Notes: a model not told the origin generated them from the sequence alone. A stretch of DNA of 64,000 nucleotides from Eledone cirrhosa (GCA_964016885.1 OZ024743.1:308698001-308762000), one strand, 5' to 3'; positions 12,072 to 26,904 are shown, counted from the stretch's first letter. Numbers and translations: made by a program.

Positions 12072-13866
12072 GTAATTTAAAGGAAAAAAAAATACAAATT
12101 CCATTTTTCTTCTCTTTTTCTCTTACTTCAATCTTTTTCTGACCATATTTTTTAGACTTAAAATTCTGATCTCTTCTTAAATTAGGAGAGTTGTTAGAAT
12201 GTCAGAATAATTATCTGTATTTATTCTGGCTTTCTGCACTTTAATCGCTCCAGATGTCACTGGAACCAGTGATGTTCTGTCAGGTGTTGTGGTTTGCAAA
12301 TAGTATAAGCTGTGGAAAGACCACCAGAAACATAGTTTTCTTGGTTCAATCTCACAACAAATTACTTTTTTCCTTTATTCACATTGAACATACACCAACA
12401 CTTCTCATTATTTTCAAATTTCATTTCTTTTATTTAATCCTTTCATAACCATATTTCTTATGAAATATATTGTATTTCAATTAGTTGAAAAATTTTGAGG
12501 GATTTACTAAAATTACTTCATTAGTAAGACAGTAACTTAACATATGGTTCTTATATAATATTGTTGGAAGATTTTAAGTTAAATAGTAACTGTAAAATAG
12601 GTGGTTTTGTTTTGTAGAATCAGGGCCATTTTTGGCAGGATTTTTAGCTAAAGGGCTAAAAATATTTCCATTTCACATATATTATGAAAGCACATAGCCG
12701 AGTGTTAGACTTGTTATAAGGATGTGCCTGCAATTACTGGACTGGGCAGTGTATTGTGTTTTTGAGCAAGACACTTCATTTCATGCTGTTTCTCTGTCAT
12801 TAAATAGAGCCTCCTATAATTAAAACAGTTGAGAAACTTCCTATGAGTTACAACCTTATAGGAAACCAGATAAACCTGTGTAAATCTTGAGTTTCATGGT
12901 AGGCAGAGCATAACTGATCTAATAGCGATATGCATGTTTTCATATTGCTTTTCATGATGGAATGATAAACCATTTCCTGACCCTATATCTCACGTAATCC
13001 AGTATGTTAAGTTTGTAAATAATCAAGAATTTGGAGAGTTTAATAATATATTTTTTTCATGAACTTGCTTTTAGAACGTAGCAAAAATGACTTTTACATA
13101 AAAGTATGAGGGAAGTTTTTAACTTAGTTATACATACTTTAAAATGGATAGTTTTATCACTGAACCAGAAACAGATTCAGGCCAGTTGGTATTAAATGGT
13201 AGTTATTTGAATTAAATGTTAATTATTTGCAACCTAGTATGAGGCCAACTAAATTTGCATAGGTGTGAGCTGTAAAGTTTTTCTTTTTTGAATTCAACAC
13301 ATTGTTTTAAGGGTTCTGTTTTTATTTTTTTTATTTTTGCTGTGTAAATGTTCCTTGGAGCCAGTATTCAGTTCTGTATCACATCACTTTCCTTGGGATT
13401 CATCTTGTGTTTGGGTTATGTTTCTGATTGAATTATGTATCTTTAATATCTGCTGTCTGTATCTGGCTTAGAATAGGCACACTGTATCCCTGCGTGTCAT
13501 AAGAACTAACTAAAAGACTTCACACCAGGAGGGCTATCTGGCTGTAAACAATTGACCTAAATGAGTACAAAGCTTGTCATAAGGTCTACAAAGCTATCTT
13601 TGCTTTAGCAGGAAAAATAGCCATAAATGCTTGTTGTATGATATTATTATTATCGTCTGAGTTCAAATCCCACCAAGGTTAACTTTGCCTTTCATCCTTA
13701 TGGAGTCGATAAAATAAAGTACCAGTAATGCACTGGGATAATTGCTGGCCTTGTGCCAAAAGTAGAAACAATTATTTTCATTGTCTTGGATTTAACACAG
13801 ATCCTGTACCCTGTCCTGGAGACTGCTGCTAGTATTTCAAACAAGTGCAGAAATACAGCAAGTACT

Positions 13867-14150
13867 CATCATTCATCATCATCATTTCATTTTACGTCCG
13901 CTTTTTCCCTGCTTGCAAGGGTGGGATGGGAACTGATTCTGGCTTGATTTCTACAGCTGGATGTCCTTCCTAACACCAACCTCATTTACAGTGAGTGCTG
14001 GGTGCTTTTTTGCTGTGGCACCTCCACGACCACTTTGCAGTGGAATGATAGGGACCCCATCTCATTTCTACAGCTGAGTAAACTGGAGCAATGTGAAATA
14101 AAGTGTCTTGCTCAAGGAAACAACACATCACCTTTCGATTGCAAGGCCAA
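13867..14150 (-). mobile_element. CORE-SINE copy with an alternative 3' terminus
   Basis: CORE and middle part match 56445-56637. The terminus is CCCTTGCAAGCAGGGAAAAAGCGGACGTAAAATGA, as in 16816-16972 and close to the LINE family C end. Confidence 0.8.
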
Positions 14151-14341
14151 TACTACTAATACTATTACTACTACTACTACTACTACTACCACCACTACTA
14201 ATATTACCACCACTGCTATTACCGTTATTATTACCACTGCTACTCACTGGATATATATATATTTACACACATACACAGAGGGTGCAGCAAAAGTAATACC
14301 CATTTAAAAAATTTATTTACCTTTGTTGTAAAGGACGTTAC

Positions 14342-14374
<33 letters not shown>

Positions 14375-16573
14375 TACCAGCTTCTTCATTATTGTTGTAA
14401 TTCTGTGAAAGAACTGAAGTTGGTTTGAAGTAATTATATTTCAGTGTTGCTGATGATATTAGAGAAGGCTAAAACTTCATGACTTCTTATTGTTGACCTA
14501 TCCAAAATTTAAGGTATTCTAATTTAATAATAAAATTCCCTTTTTCCTAATTATATCACCCTAAATTAATATCCTTATAAGTTTAAACCATCATAGTCAA
14601 TAGTTGAAGAATTATGCCAACCACTGGATTGCAGAGCATTTCCTTAAAGATTTCGAAGGTGTTGCTGTGGGATGAAATTTCCTTGTCACTGACCATGACT
14701 ATATCGTTGACCTTGATGTTGACCTTGTGATGACTAAGTTAATACTCAGTCACCTGTTAAATGTATTAGTTTGTATTCATCTTATGTTGGCATGAACATC
14801 AATGTATCCAAGACAGATACTATCTGCTGGTATCTTGCCTTTTGAAAAAGCCAAAGTAAAATGAAATAGATATCCACTATAAACATGTGATATGCATGGA
14901 TGATGATCGCTGAGTGAAGAGATGCCTGAAAATCTCAGTGGAAGGAAACTGCAGGAGAGGTAGACCAATAAGACCTGGATGGAGGTGGTAAGAGCTGTTT
15001 TGAGACCACTGACCTCATAGAGGAGATGATGAAGGTATGTTATGAGTGAGGCAATGTTGCGATGAAAAGTACTCATCCAGCCTATGCTAACATGGAAAAA
15101 TGGATGTAAAAATGATGATTATGATGATTCACATCAGTGATGCACGTGCTGCATCTGTCATCTTTAAAGCCAGCTCTCATTTTTCCCAGAGATCCATCAG
15201 ATATTCCCAATAAGGCCAACAAATTCATGTAAGCTGGAATTTTTTGATCACTTGCTTTCTCTAAATTCTCCATGTTCTTGCATTGGATTCGAACTCTGAA
15301 ATTTGTTGTCGCTGCTAGATTTGACAAGAATTTCTACACAAAAGATACCGCCATTTCTTTGGTCATTCACTCTATCACTCATGAAGGGAATTCAGGCATG
15401 AAGCAGTTATATCACAACCGTCCAATACTGTGTAAAATAAAAACCAAGACAATGCTCCGTTAACCTTGGTTAGCAGTTTGTCTTGAAGGATCACTCTGAT
15501 TTCCAAACTGAGGTAGTTGAGACATCCTTTGAAGTCACTGGTGAATTCGGCAACTGGAAACATAGATTGACCATGATCAAGTCAGTCCTTGAGCTAATGT
15601 CTCTTCCTCGTATATATAGTGTCTGCCATTGGAATAGTAACTGGCTGACAATATCTGCATCAGATGTCTATGATCATTTCATGGGCAGCCACAGTTTGCA
15701 ATGCTGTGGATGCACTAGTTGGAGCTTGTTCTGCTAATTATTTCAACTGTTATTAATTAAAATACTATTGTTACTATTTTATTTTATTAGAAGTGGACTC
15801 CTACATAGCATATTGGTTCTGTAAATATGAAGCCAACCTTCTCTGGTATTGTGCCTGATATAATTTTCCTCTGTCTGATAGCAATATCTTTCTGAAATAC
15901 TGGCTCCATCAAATAGAGCTAATATAAGTCTATAATTTATAACTTTGTTTACTTATTTAGCTATTCAGTATCATCAACATTATTTAATTTCACTTGTTTC
16001 TCTGTTCAAGTTTAATGGTGAAAAATGGTGGTTTAGTTCCAGGTGTGTTAATATAATACTGTGCACTTTCACTATTTTAACTAACACTTGTTGGAAACAC
16101 TAAGAGTTTTGTTTTCAATCTTCTTTTAGTTGCTGGAATTAAAGGTATGTTGGAGAATTCTTTGTTAGCTTGTTGGTACCTTAGTGAAGTTTCCCCTTTT
16201 TACTTGAAGTTTAAAAAAAAAAAATAACAAAAAAAAAAAAATTAGATGCTTTGGATCGCCTGCACTGTCATTGATCCACTATAATGATATCAGTTTGACT
16301 AATTGCTGACGTAGACTATAAAGTTTGATCGAAGTAGAATGGAAGAGTGTTGATGATGATGATGATAATGTGTTTTGGAGTGATCTTGACTGCTCATTCA
16401 TATATTTTCTTCACTTGCTTGTAATTTGTTACCACCTGTACTTGTAATAAATAAATATAAAACAAAATCCTCCACCACATGTTTAGAAGCAACCTTGTTC
16501 ATGTGCTATGTTGTAAGATAATATGCTACTATAATTGTCATGTTACACACACACAAACACACACACATATGTA

Positions 16574-16607
<34 letters not shown>

Positions 16608-16815
16608 GCCTATATTTCGGATTTAGTATCCATCAAATGGGGGTTTTCCGAAGAGAAAAAGGTTGTGTATATATATCTATTATAGAATTTAATATAGAAA
16701 TGGCTTCTACAGGACTAGCACTATTTCATTCGAAGGAAATCACCAGGAAAGTTCTTAGAATGAAACAGTTCTAGTCTTGTAGAACTGAGTTCTATATTAA
16801 ATTTTGTATATACTC

Positions 16816-16972
16816 TCGTGCAGGTGCCACGGCAAAAAAGCACCCAGCACTCACTGTAAATGAGGTTGGTGTTAGGAAGGGCATCCAGCTGTAGAAATCA
16901 AGCCAGAATCAGTTCCCGTCCCACCCTTGCAAGCAGGGAAAAAGCGGACGTAAAATGAAATGATGATGATGA
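16816..16972 (+). mobile_element. 5'-truncated copy of the same SINE, inverted relative to 13867-14150
   Basis: Near-exact reverse complement of about 13873-14030, with (GAT)n tail. Confidence 0.8.
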
Positions 16973-17026
16973 CTCTACTAATGTATTGAGTACCTTACTG
17001 TGGTTACTCCACATTGAACCCAGGAC

Positions 17027-17077
17027 TTATATATATATATATATATATATATATGAATTTCATGTCGCACACACGCG

Positions 17078-17124
<47 letters not shown>

Positions 17125-17137
17125 AGACACAGACACA

Positions 17138-17170
<33 letters not shown>

Positions 17171-17178
17171 ATATATAT
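17027..17178. repeat. Compound microsatellite (TA)n, (CG)n, (CA)n, (CAGACA)n
   Basis: Read directly from the sequence. Confidence 0.9.
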
Positions 17179-20100
17179 TTCCTGCATGCCAAGCCATGTC
17201 TGTTTTCTGAGACAGTCTGCTGCTTGCTATAGGTGTTTGTAGTAGTTGTATTATTTTAAAATTTGCTTAGGTTATCTTTTTGTTTATTTAATTTTGTGTT
17301 TATTTTATATTTAATACCAACCTATTCTTGTGATATTATTTTTCTCACGCTGTCTTTGACATTTCAGTGATAATATAATCTATAGGAAGAACATACTTTA
17401 ACTCTTGTAATAACATTCTCTGATAATTTAGCAGAAAATATAAATAGGCTTGTTAATTCAAATGTTTATAGTTTCTCTACTAGTGGACAGATTGTGAAAA
17501 TTTGCACTAAACTAAAAGCTTCAATTTTTAATGTGACGTAGTTAGTCATAGTGCTGTTTTGTACTTTTGTTCTAAAGACTTCAATTTTTAATGTGATGGG
17601 GTTAGTCATAGTGCTATTTTGTACTTTTGAAAAAATATCTTGCCAACACAATTTCATGTTACTATGATAGATACTGCCTATGATTTTTCAATTAATTTTG
17701 AATGTAATCAAGAAGTTGAATGGATTTAGTAATATAACTAACCTGCTCATTATTTATCTGATGTTTGGAGCGCAACAAAGTTTCTGACTTAAAATTATGA
17801 TGGAAGATTTTTAGGTAAATATAAACACTTTAAAATAAACAGCCCAGTATCATAGAATGAAGAGCAGTTTCAGGTACATTGGTATCAAAAAGGTTAATGT
17901 TATTTATAATTGGTGCAAATCTTTTAATACTGACTTGAATGTTTTGTCAAATTATAATGGCATGTTATTTGTCATTGACCACGTTCTAAATAAATTCAGA
18001 TTGAATGTGGTCAGGTTTTTATTTTAAGTTGAGTAAAGTCAAGTTCTTATTATATTGACAATAGCAAAGATTTTATGTAATTTTATCACTGACAGCACAA
18101 TAGTAACTGGAAACAAATGTGGTTAAATTCTTAACCCTTTTGATACTATACTTCTAATGATAAACACTGCATATGGTTTTTGATTAATTTTGTAAATAGT
18201 CAGGAATTTTGAGGCATTTAGTAATATACCTTTCTCATTGTTAAGCTTGTTTTTGGAATATAAATTAAACAAAGGTTCTTACATAATATTATGATGGAAG
18301 GTGTTTTAGATAAATATAAGCAACGTAAAATGCAGAATTTTGTATAATAATGCATGATTTTAATGAAAATTTGCAGAGATAAATTTTTTTAATGTGTAAA
18401 TTAGTTATATTTATAAAATATTTTTTTGTACACAATTTGTAATTGTTGAAATCAGATCATGTTCCTGTTCAGCATTATATGCAAAATATCTAAATCAAAT
18501 TTTGAAAAAGTCAAATCCATCAATCACTGGAAGTTTGGTGGGATACTTTTTTGTATTCTGTCCGACTGATTTCTTTAGATATTAGCTTCTGTTGAATGTA
18601 AGACAAGAAGTTAAAAATGGGTTGGATGAGTTGTTAATCCCACAAAAACCAGAGAGGTTGTTTTATTAAAAATAAAAAAAATCTCCTAAAAGACATAATT
18701 AAATCAAATTTCATACAATAATCAGTTATTTAGTAATCATGACCCAAACACACATATTTCCTCAATTGTAATTTGATTAAATTTCAGTTAGATGCTTAAA
18801 TTCTTTGATTGAATCAGTTACTCTAGATTTTGTTAAAATTGTAATATTGAGCTGGTCATTATTGATATATATTAATAAAGTATAATTCTCAGAATAAATA
18901 ATAAAATACTATTTATCACATGAATATTATAAACAATTATAAAATATTGTTTATGATATTAATCTTAAGCTGTTGTCCTTCAAGAGACTTATCATGATAT
19001 AAAGTTAGTTGTTAAACTAGTCATCAAACAGATATTCCATATGTGTATTTTCACATTTCTTTCAGTAGAGTGAATTTCTTTAGAAATATTTCTCCATTTA
19101 TTGCTGGTATTTTGGATCATCTCTCGAATATTCATAACAAGGGAATATTTTGAATTTACTGTTCCTACAAATTCCAGTGAGATTTTACTTAGTTCATGTT
19201 TACATATCTGTTGTTTGTCTACTCTGATTTGTTCACACAAAGAGTTTACTCAGACACATCTGTGTGGCCATGAAGGAAATGGCCATCTTCTATGCAGGAA
19301 ATAAATAGTTAGGAGTTCCATGTAAGCTATGGATGCACAAGTGATATAATAGAATTATCAAATGCACTGGATTAGTCAGGAGTCAGAGAATCAGTTAAAC
19401 AAACAAGCAAAAAGCAACTTTCCTGTACTTGGAAGACTCCATAGAAGTAGATAATAGCTTCTTTGTTGTCTTAGTGACCAAATTAAAAGTAGAAGAGGGA
19501 GCTCTACATAGTTTCTAGAGAATAACAAGGTGGCAAACTTCCAGGGAGCTATTATTACCTTTGCTAGTTACAAAGGGATGCTCTTCTTAAGAGAAAGGTA
19601 TATTGTATGATGCTCATGTAAGTAGTGCAATGTTGCATGGTAGTGATTCTTGGGCATTGAATGCAGAGGTTGTGAAAAAGCTCAAAAGAAACAAAACAAG
19701 CATGTTTCACTAGACGTGTGACATTAGTGTGCATGAACAAATGTTAGATATGTAATCATCATCATCATTTAACATCCATTTTTCTATGCTAGCATGGGTT
19801 AGATGAGTTGTCTCATTATGAGACAAGTCAGATGAGATGACTGTATCTTGCTCATACAGAACTGTTTCTGGCTTGGTTTCTATGGCTGGATGTCCTTCCT
19901 AACACCAACCACATTTACAGTGTTTATGAATAATGATAGTTGGGCGAAAAAATGTCAGGAGTCCCTAGTGGAAGAAACATGTAGTAGCGGTAGGCCGAAT
20001 AAGACATGGGCAAAAATGGTGAAAGCTGATGTCACAAAGGAGATGATAAAAGAATACACCAAATGGTGGGATGCTGTTTTAGAGAGGGCCCCCATGCAAG

Positions 20101-21709
20101 CATGTAAAAAGCAGATGTAAAAATGATTTGTGCAGATGCATGTCTATGCCAAAAAAAAAAAGAAGGTATTTATATGTGTGTGTGTTGTCATCATCATCGT
20201 TTTAATATCCACTTTCCCTGCTAGCAAGGGTTTGACAGGTCTACTAGACCAAGTTAGTACTAAAACGTGGCTACTGATCTCCTAGACAAACCAAGGATCA
20301 GTATCTTGCTTATGTAATATACATTCTACAGAGTGCACAGGAGAGGTTGTCATGTCTTTGACATAACTGGGGCTCCATCCAACCTTTTGTTTGGCAAGCC
20401 CTTCCTATCACCAACCACTTTACAGCACGTACTTTACGTAGAGTGGTTACCGTACTGTGGTACAATTGAAGGGTCCTCTTGACCACCCTTTTCTCTCTCT
20501 CTCATGGAGATGAGAACAGTCAGTGTTGAAAACGCGAATTGTGGTGATAGAGAGAAGACCTAAGGATTGATGGTGGAGGGGGAAAGGGTATAGTGTAGGG
20601 AGTAGCTAATGGGGTGAGATAGCGATGGTATCTAATGGTTTTGCAATGGAAGACAGCAGCTAAGAGATTAATACAGGAGGGGGCATGGATGAAGTGGGGG
20701 TGTAGTGATGGTGGGGATAGCTGCTAGGGAGTGCTAGTGGGGGTGTAGTGCTAGTGAGGGTGCATAATAGTGAGGAGAGTAGTTACGAGAGTATGATAGT
20801 GAGGGAGTCTAGAAACTTTTAAGGGGAAAGCAGTTAAGGAGTGAGTACTGGGGGAGGGGCATGGGTATGTGGGTGGTGTAGTGATACTGAGAATAGCTGT
20901 TAGTGAGTATTAGTGGAGGTGGGGGGGACATGGGAATAAGTCAGGCCACATTGTATGCTGTAGGTCAGTCTTCTTCATCACAGGATAACACTAACCTCGC
21001 GGTCCTTAGTCATATATATATATATATATAAAAGACATGAAGACCTCTCATGCTGGTGCCATAATAAAATACACTCAGTACACTTTATAAAGTGGTTGGT
21101 TTTAAAACAGGCATTCAGCCATAGAAACCATGCCAAAACAAGGTTGAATGAACTCTTCAGTCATGTCAAGGACATGACAACCTCCCTAATGCTTGTCCCA
21201 CAATAGAATGCACTCAGTACACTCTGTAAAGTGGTCCTTGGAAAATCATCCAGCTGTAGAAGGCATGCCAAAACTGGAATATATATAAGCAAGGCATGAC
21301 TCCTGTCCAGCAGGACAATACTTCATATTAAGTACCAACTTGTTCAACCTATGCTTATTAGTAGTGTTTATACTATGCCTGTTCCTACAGTAGGTATATC
21401 TTCTCTTTGAGAAATGGTAAACATATAACGCATATGATATTGAAATGACAATTGGTATAATGTAGCAAATGTGTTACTTTTAGCTTCATTGTTAATGAGA
21501 AATCATATTTTCAAAAATATTGTTATCTTGATATTGAAAATGTTTTTTCTTTTCTGATAAATTCAATTTTATTTTTATATAACTGTCTCATTAATTTAAT
21601 AGACTGTTCTATGTAAAAAATAATGAAGTATGAAAGTAAACTGAAGTAAAAGATAATTATATTTTATTCATTGCTCCCCCTATTGTTGCTATAATTCTCA
21701 TAAAAGACA

Positions 21710-24700
21710 CATCACCGTTTTACGTCCGTTCTTCCATGCTAGCATGGGTTAGACGGGTTGTCCTGTTGTGGGCAGTGTCTGGTAGGCTGACCATGCCTTG
21801 CTCATACAGGAACTGATTTTGACTTGATTTCTACAGCTGGATGCCTTTCCTAACACCAACCTCATTTACATTGAGTGCTGGGTGCTTTTTCCGTGACGCC
21901 TACACGTCCACTTTACAGTGTGGGCTGGGTGCTATTTTGCCATGACACCTCCACGACCACCTTGCAGTGGGAGGGTGTGGGGGCATATTGTCTATATGCT
22001 TCAGCTTGTACCCATGGGAGGTCGGGTACTCTGTATTACTGCGTGACGCCAGAGGTCACGGTCATGTGTCATCGCCTTTGAGAGGTGTAATTGGGTAAGG
22101 TCGGCTTTTATCACCTCATCCCAGGTCTTCTTGAGTCTCCCCACTCCGCGGTTTCCATTGACTTCTAGTGCTCTGCACCTTTTTATGCAGCTGTCCTTCA
22201 TACGCATCACATGTCCATACAACGCAACCGCCTCTCTTGCACACAGCATTTGATTCCTCTTATGCTCAGTCTCTCTCTCAATTCATTTATGCTTTGTCAT
22301 TCGCGTATATTACTATTACACATCCATCGGAGCATGCAGGCTTCGTTTCTTTCTAATCTATGTAAGTCTTCCACCTTCAGCGCCCAGGCCTCACTACCAT
22401 GTAACATTGCTGTTCAGATACACGCATCATACAGTCTGCCTTTCATTTTGAGGGAGAAGCCTTTTGCAGCTAGCAGTGGCAGTAGTTCCCTGAACTTCTT
22501 CCATCCCGTTCTTACCCTAGTTATTGTACTTTCTAAACACCCACCTCCGCTGCTAATTCGGTCACCTAGGTAGCAGAAGCTGTCTACTGTTTCTATAGAG
22601 CCCTCCCAGAGATTGGTGGTACTTGTTTCCTCTGGCTGTTTGCTGCTTGCTGTCCCAGCACAGCTGCTGCATGTGAAGCCTACATTCTTAATTAAGCTTC
22701 CTGAGATCCTGCTACATCTCTTGTGTACCCATTGTTTGCATTTGGGGCAGAGAATGGAGTTCCTACCTACACCTTTCCTACATACTGAGCAAGGCCATTT
22801 AACTGAGGGGATCTGGGTTCTGTTTTCTCGTCTACTTAGAAGGACCTTAGTCTTTGTCATGTTGACTTTGAGACCCTTTCTTTCTAGTCCCTGCTTCCAA
22901 GTTTGGAATTTCTTCTCTAGTTCTCCCATAGATTCAGCTATAAGTGAGAGGTCATCAGTATACAGGAGTTCCCATGGGCATCCGGTCTTAAACTCCTCTG
23001 TTATTGCCTGCAGGACTATCATGAACAGGAAAGGGCTAAGAACAGAGCCCTGGTGGACCCCAACCTGTACGCTAAATTCCTTGCTATACTCATTGCTAAT
23101 CCTAACTTTGCTGACTGCTCCCCTATACATGGCTTGTACAGCTTTCACAAGCCATTCATCTACTCCTAGTTTTCTAAGAGCCCACCAGATTACAGCACGT
23201 GGACTCTGTCAAAGGCTTTCTTGAGATCGACGAATGCCAGGTAGAGTGGCTTACTTTTAGCTAGGTATTTTTCCTGTAACTGCCTCACAAGGAAGAGGGC
23301 ATCAGTGGTGCCTCTTCCTAGTACGAACCCAAATTGCATCTCATCTAGTTTTACCCGGTCCCTAATCAACTGTGCTATAACTCTTTGTTACTTTTATGAC
23401 CTGGTCCATCAGCTTTATACCTCTATAGTTTCCTCTATCGAGTCCATCACCTTTACCTTTGTAGCAGTTGACAATGATGCTACTGCACCAATCTTTTGGT
23501 ATGACACCTTCTAGTATTACCTGATTAACAATACGTGTGGTTATAGTGTGACCTACAGACCCAGATGCCTTCAGCATCTCAGCAGCTATACCCGATGGAC
23601 CGGTTGCCTTCCCCATCTTCATATCTTTGATTGCCTTACTTACTACGCTGCTGCTGACTTGTACTTGTACTGCTGGCCCCTCTATAGGGTCTACTTGGGG
23701 AAGGGTCTCTTCTTCCCATGCATTCTCCTCATTTAGTAATCTATCATAATGGCTCATCCATGCATCTTTCTTCTCAGCACTTGTGAGGGCAAGCTCACCT
23801 TTATCATTCCGGATACACTTCTCTCCAATGACATCACAATTCTCTCTGACACACTGCCTCGCAATCTTGAACACCTCCTGTTTCTGGTCCTCACGTTGCA
23901 AAACATGCTTGAATTTTCTATCCTCTGCTTCCCTCCTAGCTAAGTATACTTGTCGCCTAGCTAAGTATATTTGTCGCCTCGCTAAGTATACTTGTCGCCT
24001 AGCTTCCCTCTTGGTCTCTATGTAATGTACCCTGCTCCCCCCATTCTTCCATTCTTTCCATGCCTGTCTCTTGGCCTTAACTGCCACATCTACCTTATTG
24101 TTCCACCACCAAGTCACTCTCCTCCTGCTTGTGGTTTTACTCCAGCCACAGACCTCATCCGTCGCCTCTAGTAAGTTATTTTTTAGGAACTCCCAGCGCT
24201 CTTCTACATTGAATGTCTCTATCTGTTCTTCTCTACTGTCGTAGGCGTTGAGTAAAATATCTTTAAATCTGTTACTGACTGAGGGGTCTTTCAGCTTCCA
24301 GATCTTTCTTCTCCAGGTTGGCCTCTGTTTCCAGGTTTGTCTAGTTCTGACCGTGAGGTCACTGACAACTAAGCTATGTTGGGAGGTACATTCCTCACTA
24401 GGGTAGGCTTTTGTGTTTATGACCGTCCATCAGTCATTGTTGTTTGTTAGAGCAGTAGTGTGCATTAGGGACTCGTAAAATCTATCCTTAAGTTCGTCTG
24501 GCAATCCCGATTGGGGTACGTAAGCTGATATTATTGTGGTAATTGTTTTATTCAGGACTAGTCTGAGTTTAATGATTCTTACATTTACCCTGTACACTGA
24601 GATTACTTTATCTACCCACTTGTCAGCTAGTAGTATACCTACACCACCCATGACATCGTCATTTCCCACCCATAAAAATTTGTAGCACTGACTTTTGCCT

Positions 24701-25922
24701 ACAAGGACTCTAGCAGACTCTCCTCTCCATCTAGTCTCTTGCACACAGCATACATCAATTTCCTTTCGCTCTAGCATTTCTACAATTTCTCCTGCTCTTC
24801 CTTTCATTGTGCTTACATTGATGGTACCAACTCGGAGTTTTGGGCATTTGTCGACACTCGTAGGGAAGGGTCGATTTTTTGCAAGGGTGTGTGTGTGCTT
24901 CCTCTTTCTGGATTGGAGCTTCACATGGGTGCTTGGTAGCTCGCGGATTCATATTCATTTCATCTATTAATTCAGAGTTGCTCCAATTTATTCTCAGCTC
25001 ATCCATACATAACGGTAGGAAAATTCAGGGCTAGAAGAACAGTGGTGGTGGTAATAATGGCAGGTGTGTTGGGCTGGGATGGGGGAGGAGAGAGTTAGGT
25101 AGTAGTAGTAGTAGTAGAAGAAATGGCATGCTGAGGTTTGATTGGTCGAATAGGCTATGGTGGTGTGAGGGGGTGGGTGGGATGGAAATTGTGAGGTAGG
25201 CAGCGAGTCATGGCTATCAAAATAACCGATAGAAGTGAATACAGCACGGCAAGATAACCGATAGAAATGAATACAGCTACAATAATAATTGTTTCTACTT
25301 TAGGCACAAGGCCAGCAATTACCCAGTGCATTACTGGTACTTTATACAGTCATGGCCTGTAGCCTTTGATGAAAAAATAGACAGATAGAGAGGCAGCATG
25401 GTAGAGAAAATGAGGGTAACAAAATAAATGTGTTGTGGTAGCTAGCGAAGTGATAAATACAGCAATAGTTGTGAGCAGAACATTTGCAATTGGGGAAATA
25501 GGGATACCTGACAAGATTTGGATGGATGGATGGCTGGAACGTAGCTAAATCAACTCGTGATTCATTTTAGCCTTTCAGAGTAGAGTGTGTCTTATCTCTT
25601 CAATAACTTCAAGATGAGTGAGGAGGAATTGGTGAAGAGGGAAAGGGAAGTAATAGGTGGCTTAGAGATAGATAGAGAGAGAGAGAGATAGAGAGAGGGT
25701 AGCCATCATAGAGAGAGAGAGAGTGAGGGGGTAGCCATCATAGAGAGAGGGTCGCCATCATGGCTATCAACATAACCGATAGAATACAGCATGACAAAAT
25801 AACCAATAGAATACAGCATGGCAAGATAACCGATAGAAATGAATACAGCTACAATAATAATAATAGCCAGTCATGGCCTGTAGCCTTTGATGGAAAAATA
25901 GACAGATAGAGAGGCAGCATGG
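21710..25922 (-). mobile_element. RTE-type LINE family A, near full length, defective
   Basis: APE endonuclease (RVGTINVSTMKGR, CCVQETRW), RT (NYRGIKL, GVHQGSVLSP, LYTDD), 3' UTR and tail. About 250 bp of the endonuclease is deleted at 24430. In-frame 21-bp triplication (RRQVYLA) near 23936-24000. Confidence 0.93.
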
Positions 25923-26519
25923 CTGTATAAAAAAGTGCAGGGCAATCAAAATTGATGGTAGTTACGGAGTAGGTAGACCCAGAAAAACCTGGGACGATCT
26001 GATAAATTCCGACCTTACACACTTCCACCTCTCTAAGACAATGTCACTGGACCGAGATCTTTGGCGCTACGCAGTAATACAGAAGACCCGCCTTGCCTAT
26101 GTACAAAGCGAAACCTACAGTCAGTAGGCACCTCTTAACCAAATATACACCCCAATCCACAACCCCTACCCTATCCTCCGACCAACACCCCCCTCTTCTA
26201 TAAAGTTGGTACCACAATATCCAGTCCAAATAAATGAGATAAATGAGATCGAGATTCGAGATCGTGTAGGTGTCACGAGAAAAAACACACAGTCCACGCT
26301 GTAATGTGGCCGTGTAGGTAACACGGTAAAAAGTTCCCAGTTCCACACTGTAAATGTGGTTGATGTTAGGAAGGGCATGCAGCCGTAGAAAACCTGCCAG
26401 GTAGTCCTATATGAGCGAGACACGGTCACCCGACCAACCTTGCCTCAAGTGGGACAACTCCCGTCTAACCCATGCTAGCGTGGAAAATGGACGTTAAATG
26501 AAGCTGATGATGATGATGA
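25921..26519 (+). mobile_element. 5'-truncated RTE-type LINE, family B-like 3' end
   Basis: Homologous to 29918-30483 (GRPRKTWD..., 3' UTR, ggacgttaaatg and GAT repeats). Confidence 0.85.
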
Positions 26520-26716
26520 GGAGATAGTATAGGAAAGGATGTTTTGTTGCTATGAAGGAAATAGAAGGAAACTGAAAGAAAGAATGTGTTGGCTGTGTTT
26601 TGAAATATGGGACAGAGGTGCTACCAAGAAATGCTTTTGAAACTTATTGGATATGTCTGCAAAATTGATGATTTCTGTTAGAAAGAAGAAAATAGTCCAG
26701 GCCAATTAGAAATAAT

Positions 26717-26904
26717 TGTTTCTACTTTAGGCACAAGGCCAGCAATTACCCAGTGCATTACTTGTACTTTATTTTATCGACCCCGTAAGGATGAAAGGCG
26801 AAGTCAACCTCGGCAGGATTTGAACTCAGATCGTAAAGGGACGTAACTATGCTGGAAAGCATGGCGTCCGACCCTCTACCGATACTGCCAATCCACCGTC
26901 CTTT
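26717..26904 (-). mobile_element. tRNA-derived SINE with Nin/Deu-like central domain, complete
   Basis: A box TGGCAGTATCGG, B box GAGTTCAAATCC, core GCCTTTCATCCTTACGGGGTCGATAAAATAAAGTAC. The 18-bp TSD AGGCCAATTAGAAATAAT lies at 26699-26716 and 26905-26922. Confidence 0.85.

Noticed and set aside
16978-17232. Low-complexity ORFs here and at 946-1131, 14002-14307, 35591-35896, 54882-55130 and 59642-59903
   Set aside because: Translations of microsatellites or homopolymer tracts.
20560-20940. G-rich tract as a functional G-quadruplex element
   Set aside because: G-runs are irregular and sit among decayed repeats; nothing in the sequence supports a function.
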